A stretch of DNA of 64,000 nt from Paraspadella gotoi (lineage: Eukaryota > Animalia > Chaetognatha): assembly GCA_051294375.1 (NCBI GenBank), contig CM119265.1, positions 2,084,311 through 2,148,310 of the forward strand. The letters run 5' to 3'. Below the pieces are notes generated by a model that was not told the origin of the DNA, ran no database searches, and worked only from the letters and a program-made list of their open reading frames with translations. This document shows, one piece after another, positions 23,528 to 36,188 of the stretch. The translations under genes and the position numbers were made by a program. Each line of letters opens with the position of its first letter. The first letter of the stretch is position 1.

Positions 23528-26016
23528 GACAATTGTTATTTTGATATCCAAGTTCACTAATCATAATTTATCAAAAAACCTATTTAAACAAAAAGCGCAA
23601 AAAAAAATATTATAAGTCTTGTCGCGTTGTAGAACGAGTACTGCAATAACACAAGTCGGTCACTCTACAATTCCCTATATGATTATACCAAACTGCCAAA
23701 TACTTTATATAATTAAAAAATGATAATTTAATCATAAAAAGTACATTTATTTTGTCAATCAAACGATTTCCATTTAACATAAATTTAAATAAAACCTCGA
23801 AAAGATAATTCCACAAAAAACAATGAATTGTTGAAGTTGAAACTCACAGTAGTTAATTTTTATCCAAGTGTTTGCGAAATCTTTCTTTGATGCGATTCGT
23901 TGAATGCAAGGACCGCAAAAACGAAAACAAAAAAACACGAAAAAAACAGAATTCGACGCATAAAAAGTAAGATCTTAATCGATCTCGAAATAAACGTATC
24001 TTGGTTAATAACCGCTACGACGAGCTTTTAATATTGAGATGAATTATATATTCATTTCATCCAATTTGTCATAATCAAATATTTTTGTTTAATCAAAGTT
24101 TTATGTATATCATAGTCAAATCAATTTTCGTCAAATTGAAAATGATTCAAAAATGAAAATAATCGTGAAGATGACGATAGTGAATTCTCAATCTTTAATT
24201 CCTGATCTTGAATTAACGATATATTAAATTTAAATTGACGTCAGTTAAATAGTAATTTTGCTGGCGATATCACTCGCTATACTTTGCATTGATAACTTGA
24301 TTTATTCTCTTATGATTTATCTTACAATATTCTGTATATAATTTTAATTATTTTTATCATTTACCTTTCTAATGATATCCTCTTTTCCTTATGTTTCCGC
24401 TTCTTCAATTACTTCTTAGAGCCCGCGATTGCGCCTAATTCTCGATTACCGAGTTTAAAGCTTAGTACTACGCGTAGTTCAAATCCTATTGGATCAAAAC
24501 GATTCGATTTTAAGCGAAAGTTGATCGATTCGAAGCGCGATTTTTGAAGATCTTTTTTTGCCATACTTTTGAACGGATTATCCGATATTTTGATGAAATG
24601 TTTGTATGTAGATAAGTATTTTGAATTTCCTAGTCGATCGCTACCCAAATTTCATTTAAAAATACTAAAAAGTTTAGAAACGATGCACATCCCCAATTAT
24701 GTTATATATCACCGGAGTTAATCGCTTACATTTAGTTACTTACCTTTTATCATTATTAGTAGTTTCAACGTGAAACGCTACCTAATGTTATTCCATCTAT
24801 TCGTTAATGCGTCAATCCTGATGGAGAATCGCTCAATCAATCCATCCATCCATCGATCCAATTCATCCATCCGTCCATCCATCCGCTCAATGCATCCATC
24901 CTTCCGTCTTCAGTCTGGTGTTGCGTTCGTTCTTCCCACCGAATTCAACTCTGCGAAGTCGCGACGAAGACAAAGAGAATTTTCGAGGAAAACAACATCG
25001 ATTATCACTTGGCCTTCGGTTCGTTGTTGGGGGCGATGAAGGCTCAAAACTACAACAACGACAACGGCGAGGGCGTCGGTTTGGATCGTGAGAGGTTCGT
25101 TTGGTTCAGTTTAGTGGTCTCCCGCTGATCCAAACTCATCCTTGTTGGTTCTAGTAGTCTCAATACTCAGTCGTTGCCTTTTTAATGCTATGCAAAAAAA
25201 CAAAAAAAAAAAACAAAAAAAAAAACAAAAAAAACACCCACAAACAATTGGGCACGCTAGGATCGAACCAGAGAAGCACATTAGACCACTGACCACTGAT
25301 AATAGACCACTGACTCGCTCTTTGGGTGCTTAAGGATCTAGCCAGATCACTAACCACTGAGATTAGACCTCTGACTCTCTCTTAGGGTGCTCTGAGCAAG
25401 ACCACTGACTACAGATATCAGACCACTGACTCCCTGTTTTTGCCCCCATCGAACTCGTTTTATCTCTTCATTGTGACATTTAATTTTCAATAACCTTTTT
25501 GCAGAGGATTCGTCTTTTGGGAACACGACGTTGACCTTGCCATCTCTAATGACCAAGTAGAAAAAGCCAAAACTTTGCTGCTGGAAAACAAAATTGAGGT
25601 CAGTTCGAGGACTTTTTATTCGAGGTTAAAGTTTCGCTTTTTGAGTGCAAGATAAAAAACAAAAAACATTTAAAAGAGTTGCTTAAAAATTGAAAAAAAA
25701 GAAAGAAATATACAGTCCTGTGCAGAAAAAAGTACGCCCAAAAATATTATAAAAATAAATGAAGTTAGATTCCTTTAAAATGAAATATATTATAAGTAAA
25801 TAATATTCAAAAAAAGAACTATTGGTGTAAATTTAGTTATTACGTGGCTATCTATTACTAAGCAGTGATTTTTTAAAAGTAACTACTCAGTTACAACTCT
25901 TAATTACTCAAACACATTTCACCACTCTCCTGTCTCACATCTTTGTTGGCCATTTCTCTCTCTTCTCTCTCTCTCCCAAAGTCAATTTGGGAAACATGAA
26001 ATTGTGAATTGTCAAA

Positions 26017-26056
26017 GCACTGATGAAGGTTTGAATGAAAGCCGAAACTTGACTCA
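26017..26056 (+). ncRNA. Degenerate minimal hammerhead ribozyme
   Basis: CTGATGA-A-GGTTT-loop-AAGCC-GAAAC-TTGAC; the cleavage triplet is mutated. Confidence 0.45.
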
Positions 26057-26123
26057 GATTCAACCCTACGCACTTCATGCTTTTCTCCTTACCGCCGCCA
26101 CCCCTCATTCATGCTATGCGCCG

Positions 26124-26805
26124 NNNNNNNNNNNNNNNNNNNNNNNNNNNNNNNNNNNNNNNNNNNNNNNNNNNNNNNNNNNNNNNNNNNNNNNNNNNNN
26201 NNNNNNNNNNNNNNNNNNNNNNNNNNNNNNNNNNNNNNNNNNNNNNNNNNNNNNNNNNNNNNNNNNNNNNNNNNNNNNNNNNNNNNNNNNNNNNNNNNNN
26301 NNNNNNNNNNNNNNNNNNNNNNNNNNNNNNNNNNNNNNNNNNNNNNNNNNNNNNNNNNNNNNNNNNNNNNNNNNNNNNNNNNNNNNNNNNNNNNNNNNNN
26401 NNNNNNNNNNNNNNNNNNNNNNNNNNNNNNNNNNNNNNNNNNNNNNNNNNNNNNNNNNNNNNNNNNNNNNNNNNNNNNNNNNNNNNNNNNNNNNNNNNNN
26501 NNNNNNNNNNNNNNNNNNNNNNNNNNNNNNNNNNNNNNNNNNNNNNNNNNNNNNNNNNNNNNNNNNNNNNNNNNNNNNNNNNNNNNNNNNNNNNNNNNNN
26601 NNNNNNNNNNNNNNNNNNNNNNNNNNNNNNNNNNNNNNNNNNNNNNNNNNNNNNNNNNNNNNNNNNNNNNNNNNNNNNNNNNNNNNNNNNNNNNNNNNNN
26701 NNNNNNNNNNNNNNNNNNNNNNNNNNNNNNNNNNNNNNNNNNNNNNNNNNNNNNNNNNNNNNNNNNNNNNNNNNNNNNNNNNNNNNNNNNNNNNNNNNNN
26801 NNNNN
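26124..26805. other. Assembly gap (Ns); further gaps at 49249-49273 and 49395-49622
   Basis: N runs. Confidence 0.99.
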
Positions 26806-29154
26806 NTGTCTGTACCATTAAAATCAAATCGTTGATGTAATAAGACTTTTAATCTCAAACAGAATGTCAAAATAGAAAACACTAAGATATTTTTTAACCT
26901 TTTTGAGTTTAAGATGCTGAGGCTATGGAATGATTGGACCAATTTTTTTGAAAATTATATTTATGGATTCTTCTTTCAAAAGTTTTTATTTCCTATTTCA
27001 ATTTTTTTAAAAAACATAAATCAATTCTTATAAATTAATATTAAAAAGTATATTTTGGTTTTTGTCAGATCTCCAAAAATGGTTTTTTGAAAATAATTTA
27101 AATAATGAATGTTTTTGACCATTTGTCTTTGAGAGCTATAGCTCTTGAATGCTTGCACGCGATTTCTTTTAATTTATAAAGTATGGATTTTTTTATTTTA
27201 ATATCTATATTATTATTCATAATTTTTTTATGATTGTGCGTAAACGAGCGCGCGCCGACGGTACAGTTGGAGCCAGGCAAACCCGGTCAACCCCTCGGAT
27301 TTCGCCTTCATGTTCCATCCGCCTGGCAGTTGATCTCTCCGCCACTGGCAGCCTGGCTCAGGGAGTGGTCCATGGTGTGGATCGACGTGTACAACTATGA
27401 GGTCACTGAGATTGTTAAAAAAAAAAAGGTTTTCAAAACCGGTCCATGTTATTTTACTTTATGAGTTTGTAAAATTAAAATGGGGAGGGGGTGTTTGGGA
27501 TAGGGAATAAGTTAGAGATTAGGTTAGGGATTCGATTCAACTAAAAAGTACTAAAGTAAAAGTAGTTAAAACGGTTAAAGCGGTTAAAACGGTTAAAATG
27601 CCTCACAGGACACCGGCAGTCATAGTTGGTTCAGCAAGGACAAACGTCGATTGCGGACTCCTGATCTTCGAATCCCGATTGAGTTCGGTTTTGGAGATAA
27701 TTACTACTACAAGTGAGTTTGGGGGTGGGATTTAATAGGGATTTTACGAAGTGGGAGGCATCCTAATGAGTGAGCATCGATCACTGGGATACGGTTGAGA
27801 TAGCATGTTCTAAAAAGTCAAGGGGTAAGATGGCCTATTTATTAAATGAATGATTAAATCGAATATATATTAAGTATATAGTTTGTCTAAATTTTATATG
27901 AAAAGGTAAACTCTAATCTCTTTTGAAATTATCCCCCCAAAAAAATTACTTTAGAGTGTAGCTGAGATGAGTATTGAGCAATCCGAGGTGACGTTTGTGA
28001 GTTCGTGAGGAAAGTTAAGTGTTGATTGCTATACAATTTAAACAGTTCATAAAATCATTAATACATCAATACAGTATACCTCTTGTTGATAGGGAAGCCA
28101 GGTGCTCTAAGAGTGAATAAACTTATTATTGTTCTTATTCTTATTCTCTTCTTCACCCCTCCTCCTCCTCCTCCTCCTCCTCCTCCTCCTCCCACTCCCC
28201 GCCCAGCGATGTATTTCCCACTGTCAACATTTCCTTCTGCGGACAAAACTTTTCTTCACCTCGTCTTCCCTTTTCTATCTTGGAAAACTTTTACGGCGAA
28301 GATGGGATCGAAGAGGCGAAGTATCCGGTTGACAATTTCAGGGGCGAAACCTGCCCCATCTTTAGAGATTGCTGAATTGTCGGTGGCCGCGGATCGCAGG
28401 GTTGATGCCGACTCCGGTTTTGGGTGTTATACGTCTTCTTTCCCCCCCTCCCATTTTGAACACTTTACTACATCGTGTAATTGGAACTTTTCCTTGTTAC
28501 GCCGTTCGAAATACAATTGAAAATGTTTTTCAACCAAGTATATTATATTATATTAGGCAGTAGCAAAGTTAACGTTTATTGCAATGGGCGATATAAGAGT
28601 GTATCGATTTTTAGTTAGTTAGTTAATTCCCTCGAAAATTCAACAATCTCTTCAATCGTAAATTCAAAATTCAACAATCTCTACGATTGTAGAGATTGTT
28701 GAATTTTCGACGGAATTCCGTAACAAAAGAACTTGTGCCGGTACGAAGCGACATCTTTGAATTCGAGGCTTAAAACTCTCAATCAATAAATAACAAGTGA
28801 ACATCGCTCCTTCGACGCGCGATTTTCTTTTCCCGACGATTTGAAAACATTTCCGCCATCATATACGACACATCGACGTCACATCTAGTACTGGTCAGCT
28901 GCTCGGCATCGGTATGCTTCGTCTGACCTTTAAGTATAACTTATAAAAATCAACATTGACAACCTTTTTAAGCTCGACAATGGGTTAAAATACAAACTAA
29001 CGCAATTATCTAAAAATGAAATAAAGAGAGTGAAAACAAATTTTTAAACTTATTTATTAAAAGAAATTACAAGTGAGATAAAAATCAGTTTTGAGGGATT
29101 TTTTTTAAAAGTTCATTTCATCTACGCCACCATCTAGGACATCTACGCCAACAC

Positions 29155-29541
29155 CTACGCCACCATTTTGGCGCGGATCCAATCCACGTAGCGAGCCACT
29201 TCCGTGAAGACGTTGGGCAGAGTGAGACAGTCGCCGGAGCCGAAAGAAACGACGCCGGAGACGACGAAGCGCCCGGCGTCGTCGGGGCAGACGAGCGGAC
29301 CACCGCTATCCCCCTGAAGATGGGATGGATAGAGGGATGGAAGAATGGGATACTACAGAAATAAATGCTAAAGTAAAAGTACTCTAAACTTTATCTAAAG
29401 GACAAAAAATATAATAATTATTATCATGTTGAAATATATTTTCATGATAAGATTTACTGTGCTATAGGCAAAACGATTTTTTGCTAAATATTTTGCCGTA
29501 CTTTTCTATACCATTATTTGTGGCTAAGCAGCAACTGACTG

Positions 29542-29597
<56 letters not shown>

Positions 29598-32500
29598 AAT
29601 TTATGCCGAAATTGTGGAGAAAAAAATTGATTTGCATTTAGCAAAGTAAAACTTATCATTAAAATACTTGAAAGTTGAAAGTATGAACAGCATTCCGTTT
29701 TCTTCAGAATCAACCAGATACTTGAATCCATATCAAGCATGCTTTCTTTCCCCTCACCAAGCATGACCCGTAGAGATGGTCATAATCCCTGTCGTGACCG
29801 AAACAGATCATTCCTGTTGCGAATGTGGATTTCCATTTATCTCTGCATCCAGATTCGGGCCAAACGAACCCTTCCACTTCTTGAAGGATCGTGGCTGGGT
29901 AGTAGATCCATTTGCCTTTGGGGGAAAAATAGATTTATGGATGGTGGAGAGATTGTTAATTGTTACACGAAAATATATTAAAACATTTTTATTTAAACGT
30001 TGTCACATCGTTTATGACTTAAAATTCGATATTAAATTCGTTTTTTAAAAATGAACTTTGAAAGCGTTCAATTTTCTCTACAGCAGAGAAAGCACTACGG
30101 CAAAAGAAACATTTCCAACTTTCTTATAAAACTGGTGCAACAGATTTAAAATATTGCATACATCCAGTAAATAAGTTATTTTACCCCCTAACTTTGGAAA
30201 GGCTGATTTCATTTGTCTTGGCTCTCAAATGAACCCAAATTTTAATTAATAGTTAAAGCATTTTTTTGAGCAGATCTGTATTTTCGGTGACTCAAACGTG
30301 GCAATATCGTGAATATAAGTAGTGAAAACTCGTAAAAACAACGGTTTTCGGACGAGCGACGTGTATCCAAAATGTTCACGAAACGACTGAAAAGCCGGTC
30401 TCAAAAAGTGCCAAAGGTAAAAATATAAAATGACTGGTATCGAAAACTGGCTATGATTGAGAGAGAGAGAGACTGACCAAAAAAGGACACGAAATAAGAG
30501 GTGAATTTCTCCTCTCTCTCTCTCTTTCTATATATCTCTCTCTCTATCTCTCTATCTCTCTCTCTCTCTGCGCTGATGAAGGCGAGCATATGAGCCGAAA
30601 CATGTACGTTTTTCTCCTTGAAAATAAAAAAAAATTCGTTGTCTGTCAGCAAAAACAATTTCAATTAATTCTAATTACAAATAAACTGGAATAATGTTTT
30701 ACGAGCCGTTTTAAATATATGAAACATTAAACAATTAACAATTAACATTAAAAAATTAACATTAAACAATCATTTTGTAAATCACCAAACTTTTTCTACT
30801 TCTCTCCTCCCCTTATATCATTTTCCGGCGAAATCGGCTCCACCACGATCTCGAATCTCTCCGGAAGCCGGAATCCCGGCTTCCTTCCCTTCATCTCCGG
30901 CATCTCGCTCCCTTCGGCTAACCGGATGTTGACCCTTTGCAACATCCGGGTCAGAAAGATGTAAATCTCAGTCATGGCCAATCGTTGTCCGATGCATATC
31001 CTCTGCCCGAGACCGAACGGCATCAAATTTTCGTTTCGCTTGTAACGACCATTTTCGTCCAAGAATCGACGAGGATCGAACTCGAAAGGTTCCGGCCACA
31101 ACTCCGGATCGTGATGAATGCCCCACAAATTGACCACAACGATTTGATCTTGAGGAACGTCGTAGCCTCCGAGGCTGACTTTGGCCGCGATGGGTCGATG
31201 ATGGACGGAGAAATCGACGACGCTCCCGAGACGAGATGCTTCGTCGACGAAGGCTTTGAGCAAGTCGCACCGCTTCAACGACTCGAAAGAAGGGGTGACC
31301 GACTCGATCTCCCGACGCAGCGTCGCAGCGATGTCGGGTCGACGCAGCAAGTAGCCGACGCACCAGCAAAGGGTGGCAGCCGTCGTGTCGGTTCCGGCAA
31401 TGATGAGATCGAAAACCGTTTGACGAATGTTGTCGGCAGAAAGATGAGGAGCGTCGGGTGATCGGAGACGTTCGCGTAACACCGCGTCGCAAAAGTCGCG
31501 GGGACCGTCGTCGTCGTCGCCTTTTAGCTGGTGTCTCTCGAGTTGCTCGTCCACGAACGTCTGGAGGAAGTCGCGGGCTTTGATCGTGAGGCGGAGTTTG
31601 TGCGTTTGAAATAATTTCATCGCGAAAGGAAAAATATTGTAAAGTGGATGAGAGCAAAGATAGAAGAATCCAGAAGTGAGATTGTTCATATTGTCCTGGG
31701 CATGAAAAAAAATTGATACAATTTAAAAGTAAATTTGTTAAATGTATTGTGTTTGAAGATTTATTGTTTCTATTTAACAAATTAAATATTCGGAATAAGT
31801 TAAGCCTGCGCGTTAATAAAATTTTTGATTGTCTTAGATTAAATATCATTTTTATCTCAATTTTCAATTTAAAAAACTCTCAAAAATGACCTAGCGCCAT
31901 TTTTTGGCCTTCGTGGAATAATAAATAAAGAGATTAAATGGCCTAATAAAAAACCACGTACAAGTAAATTCTGTTTACGTTTTATCGGATTAAATTTAAA
32001 AAAAAAATATTATATGTGATATAAATTAACATACATACACTACAAAACAATTTACTACATATATCATAAACTTTATATCACATACATTTAACTAGCAAAT
32101 AATTATTAATAATTAAATTGCATTACAAGTTACAAGAAAATCCTTCTCTCACCATCAACTCGGAATTTTCTCCAATTTCTTTTCTCTGGCCGAAAACGAC
32201 GCCGCCGACGATGTTACTGACGGCATCCTTAAAAAATAACGCCGGATCTATTGCGGCGCCCTTTCGTTCCAACATGGCGTCGACGAGGGCGTCCGCCTCG
32301 GCCAACACCCTCGCCTCAACCCTCGACCGTCCAACTCCGAGAGAGGAAAGGCTGGAGGTGACGAATCTGTGAAGTTTCTGCCAAATCGGTGACCATGATT
32401 GGTTCACGATTCCACCCAGGGCGGGGTTCACGATTCTGAGAGGGGGGGGGAGTAAATTTTATAAATATATATTAATCGATATTCATTAATTGTGAGAGAG

Positions 32501-33334
32501 TCTTGAATGAAAACTTGCAGGGACCTGCTATGTCATTATCTTGTAAGAGTGACGGAGGCATTAAACCCCCAAAGCCTGTCCAAAGTTAGGGGCAAGATAG
32601 CTTATTTATTAATTTTATGCTGGTTGTACCAATTTTATAAGTGAACTTATTGAGTTTACGACATCATTTGTTATAATCATAAATTACTATAGATATTGAT
32701 GATCGAGTTATATTTTTATTTTTAAATACTTTTTTTGGCTCGTTTAATTTTCTATTTAAAATATTTGACAGACCGTTTATTTTCAAGTTCAATCAGAAAT
32801 ACATCAAAAAACAGAACAGCGTTCTACATCAGCAGCACCAGCATCACCATCAACAGCCCTCACCTCAGCACCGCTCCGTCCAGCGTCGCCCTTCCCGCAA
32901 ATTCCCGCCGCAGAAAAACTTCCTTCGCTAAACCGACTTCGTTGACGACGACGAAGAGAGACCTACCCGGCAGCAGCTCGAAGGAAAAGACCGACCCGTG
33001 ACTGACCCGCGCCTCGAACAGACTAGGGGCCAACTCTTCGAGCTTGAGGCCAACGTTGCCCCAGAGCCAATGGCCACGCGGCCCAGGCGGCACGGGTCGC
33101 GCCACGCCGGGACGCGATGGGCGAAGGAAGAGAAAGATGATGAAGGCGATGAAGGCTGAGGAGAGAAAAATGGACGTCGTCGTTGGGAGGATGAAGAACG
33201 TCCAGACGTCCGGGGTTCGAATCCCGATCATTACTTTTTTCTTTATTTGCGGAATAAAAAGCGGAGAAAATATTCGAAGTAGAAAAGATGAATATTATGA
33301 ACTGAGACGAATATTCATCTCCGTAAGTACACTT

Positions 33335-33380
<46 letters not shown>

Positions 33381-34027
33381 ATTGAACATTTATCTGAGTG
33401 GGGCTTTAGGCACTAAGTTAGGCCCTTAAAAGCGACTAAGATAACTCTGATATGAGTTTTTAAGATATTAAAAACGTTTTAAACTGACGAAACTTTATAG
33501 AAGGTAAATGGTTTGAGTACTATGTTTGGACATCTTATGAACATTCTTGCTATATCTAATTTGGAGATTTTAGGTAAAGGAAAATCATTATGAAATCTTT
33601 CCAAATTGCAATTTATGCAGACGTCTTTTCTTTCCAAATAAGAGAGAGAGAGAGAGAGATAGAGAGAGAAACTCTTTCACTAAACTTTGACCACCGTGAA
33701 AATTCGTCCTCACTGTCAGTCTGGCCAAATCTTAACTCGAGCGGTTGATCAACAGCAAAAATCAAACAACAGTAATGCAACACAGGACGACAGTTAAACT
33801 AAGGCTACCTCCCTTGGTCGACCCGCTTCAAATATATTACCTATTATTATTGACTAAAAAAATTTCAATCCAAACTAAAAATTGTTTCTGTTAAAGTTAC
33901 AAAACTTTAACAAAGTCGCAAGCATCATTTGCAACCAATGCAGCCGTGAATTCATAGGGAGAGGGAAGCTAAAAAATTGTTTTGTGACTAAACTTGTGGG
34001 ACTGCTTGATTAATTGTTAGATCGCAC

Positions 34028-34067
<40 letters not shown>

Positions 34068-34389
34068 CTTTCTCTCTCTTTCTCTCTCTCTCTCTCTCTT
34101 TCTTCCCCATTCTATCAATAATATTTAATTTGGACCCTGTTTAAATATCATTCTGCGCCACGAGTTAAAAATGAGATAAAAAAACGTGTCCGCTCCCATT
34201 TTTCTTTCCTCCCTCACTCCCTTCCTCTCTCCTTCCTTTCTTCCCTCACTCTCTCCTTCCCTCCCTCTCTCCCTCCCTCTCTTCCTCCCGCCCTCCCTCT
34301 CTTCCTACCTCAACTTCCGCCATTTTTTCCTCTTTTTTTGCTGACGACGTCAACGACGACGCAGAATCCATTACTCAAATCCTCCACCA

Positions 34390-34448
<59 letters not shown>

Positions 34449-35157
34449 ATCACACTCGTGCCTCGGAGTTGTCACGATGGGAAAAGAAAATAATTCGTCG
34501 GTCTCTTTCTCTCTCTCTATCTCTCTCTCTCTCTCTCACTCTCGCCACTCTTTTTTTTTTAATTCCAGTTTATTCTGTGTTTTCCCTTCCTTCTTACTTC
34601 TAAACTTTGAAAAGGAAATAAGAGAGAAAGAGAGGAAGAGAAGAAGAGAGAAAGAGAAGAAAAGAAAAGGATAAGAAAATAAAGAGAAGACATAATTGAG
34701 TTAAACAAACTAAAAAAGAGATCACATATAATTTTTATATTGGTTGTACCAATTTCATAAAACAGAAGTGATATTCTGACTTTATAAATTTGTGTGAAAA
34801 CTACAGGACTGCTAATACAGAACTGCTAATACAGAACTTCTAATACAGAACTGCTAATACAGAACTACAGGACGACAACAACCATCCAATGAAGTATCAT
34901 ATAGCCCCGTTCAAAGTCAGTGGCAAGATAGCTTATTCATTGAATGAATGGATAATTTTTCTATTGGTTGTTTCAATTTAATAACTTATAAGTCTACTAT
35001 AAATTCCAAATGAACCAATTCAATCACATTCATTTGAGGTCAAAGACTAAATTATTGTCTAAACTCAGAGAGACTTTGCGATGGAAGGGAATAAGGGACG
35101 CAGGAGAGACGCGGCGGCGGCGGCGGCGGCGGCGGCTGTGGCGGCGGCGGCGGCTGT

Positions 35158-35188
<31 letters not shown>

Positions 35189-36155
35189 GCGACGACGAAC
35201 AAGAAGCGGATGGCGTACACAACCGTTCTTGCCAATCTTGTAACAACAACAGAAACAAAAACAACATTAATAATAATAAACTTTCTTGAAATAGGTTCTA
35301 ATAAGGCCGAAGATATAAATAAACAAACATAAGGAATTACTTAACATTGAAAAAAATTTTATGTTCGGAGAGAATATAGATTCCTTCGCTGCTGTTCGAT
35401 TCAGCGTTCTCCGCTCAAAAGTATTTAACTGTTAGCATCGAACCCGGAACCTCTCGGTCCAAGGTTATCAGAATTACTCAATGGGCCATCGCAAAACTAC
35501 GAAGAACGACGACGACGACGACGACGATTTTATCTGCCCACAAAAAAAAAACAACCTACGAAACAAGAGAAAACAAACGAAACGACCTCGCGTTTTCCCG
35601 GAGCGAATCGACGGCGGGAAAAAAAAAAACAAAACTGTTTTCGTTTTCCAGTTTGCATCTGAATGTTTGCATCTGAATGTTTGCATCTAGATGATTGAAT
35701 TCCGGTGTAACTGTTAGAAGCTTGAAGCTTCGTCTTCCTCCGTTTACGTAAAAAAGTGTCTTGCGTTCGGGAAACAAGCTCGGAAAGCAAGCATGGCGAT
35801 CGAGCTCGGAAAGCAAGCTTTTGCGATCGAGCTCGGAAAGCAAGCTTGGCGATCGAGCTCGGAAAGCAAGCTTTTGCGATCGAGCTCGGAAAGCAAGCTT
35901 GGCGATCGAGCTCGGAAAGCAAGCTTGGCGATCGAGCTCGGAAAGCAAGCTTGGCGATTTGAATTCATAGCAAATTAAATTAAGTTTGAAGTCATCGTCC
36001 ACCGGGGATTCTTTATGAAACCGCCCTCAACAAATTCCATTTCTTTACAAATAAATTTTTATTTTTTGCTCTTTATAATATTAATATAGAATAGAATATT
36101 CGACCTACTTTTTAGGTTTTTTACTTTTTCCAAGTTTACTAATGGGATTCGATGC

Positions 36156-36188
<33 letters not shown>

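Larger units (their letters stand above)
19602..24695. mobile_element. 5.1-kb non-autonomous hAT-like DNA transposon carrying satellite arrays
   Basis: Ends TAGAG(C)T... and ...CGATGCACATCCCCA; 8-bp TSD ATTATGAT/ATTATGTT. The same termini occur at 50071-51636 and 57261-58690. Confidence 0.75.
16881..28375 (+). pseudogene. LicD/fukutin-family phosphotransferase with N-terminal TM segments (~354 aa if uninterrupted); exons 16881-16952, 17605-17702, 19403-19601+24704-24716, 24914-25094, 25505-25598, 27267-27401, 27609-27712, 28207-28375; exon 3 disrupted by a hAT insertion in this allele
   Basis: LicD hallmarks FEENNIDYHLAFGSLLGA, GFVFWEHDVDL, WIDVYNY and DVFPT..FCG...P...LENFYG. All phases match once the element plus one TSD copy is removed (1065 nt). 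Confidence 0.75.

Noticed and set aside
26004-26942. Long ORFs across 26124-26805 and 49329-49713
   Set aside because: Artefacts of N runs.
30937-31867. Overlapping 174-aa (+) and 299-aa (-) ORFs
   Set aside because: Alternative frames of the GC-rich P450 exon.
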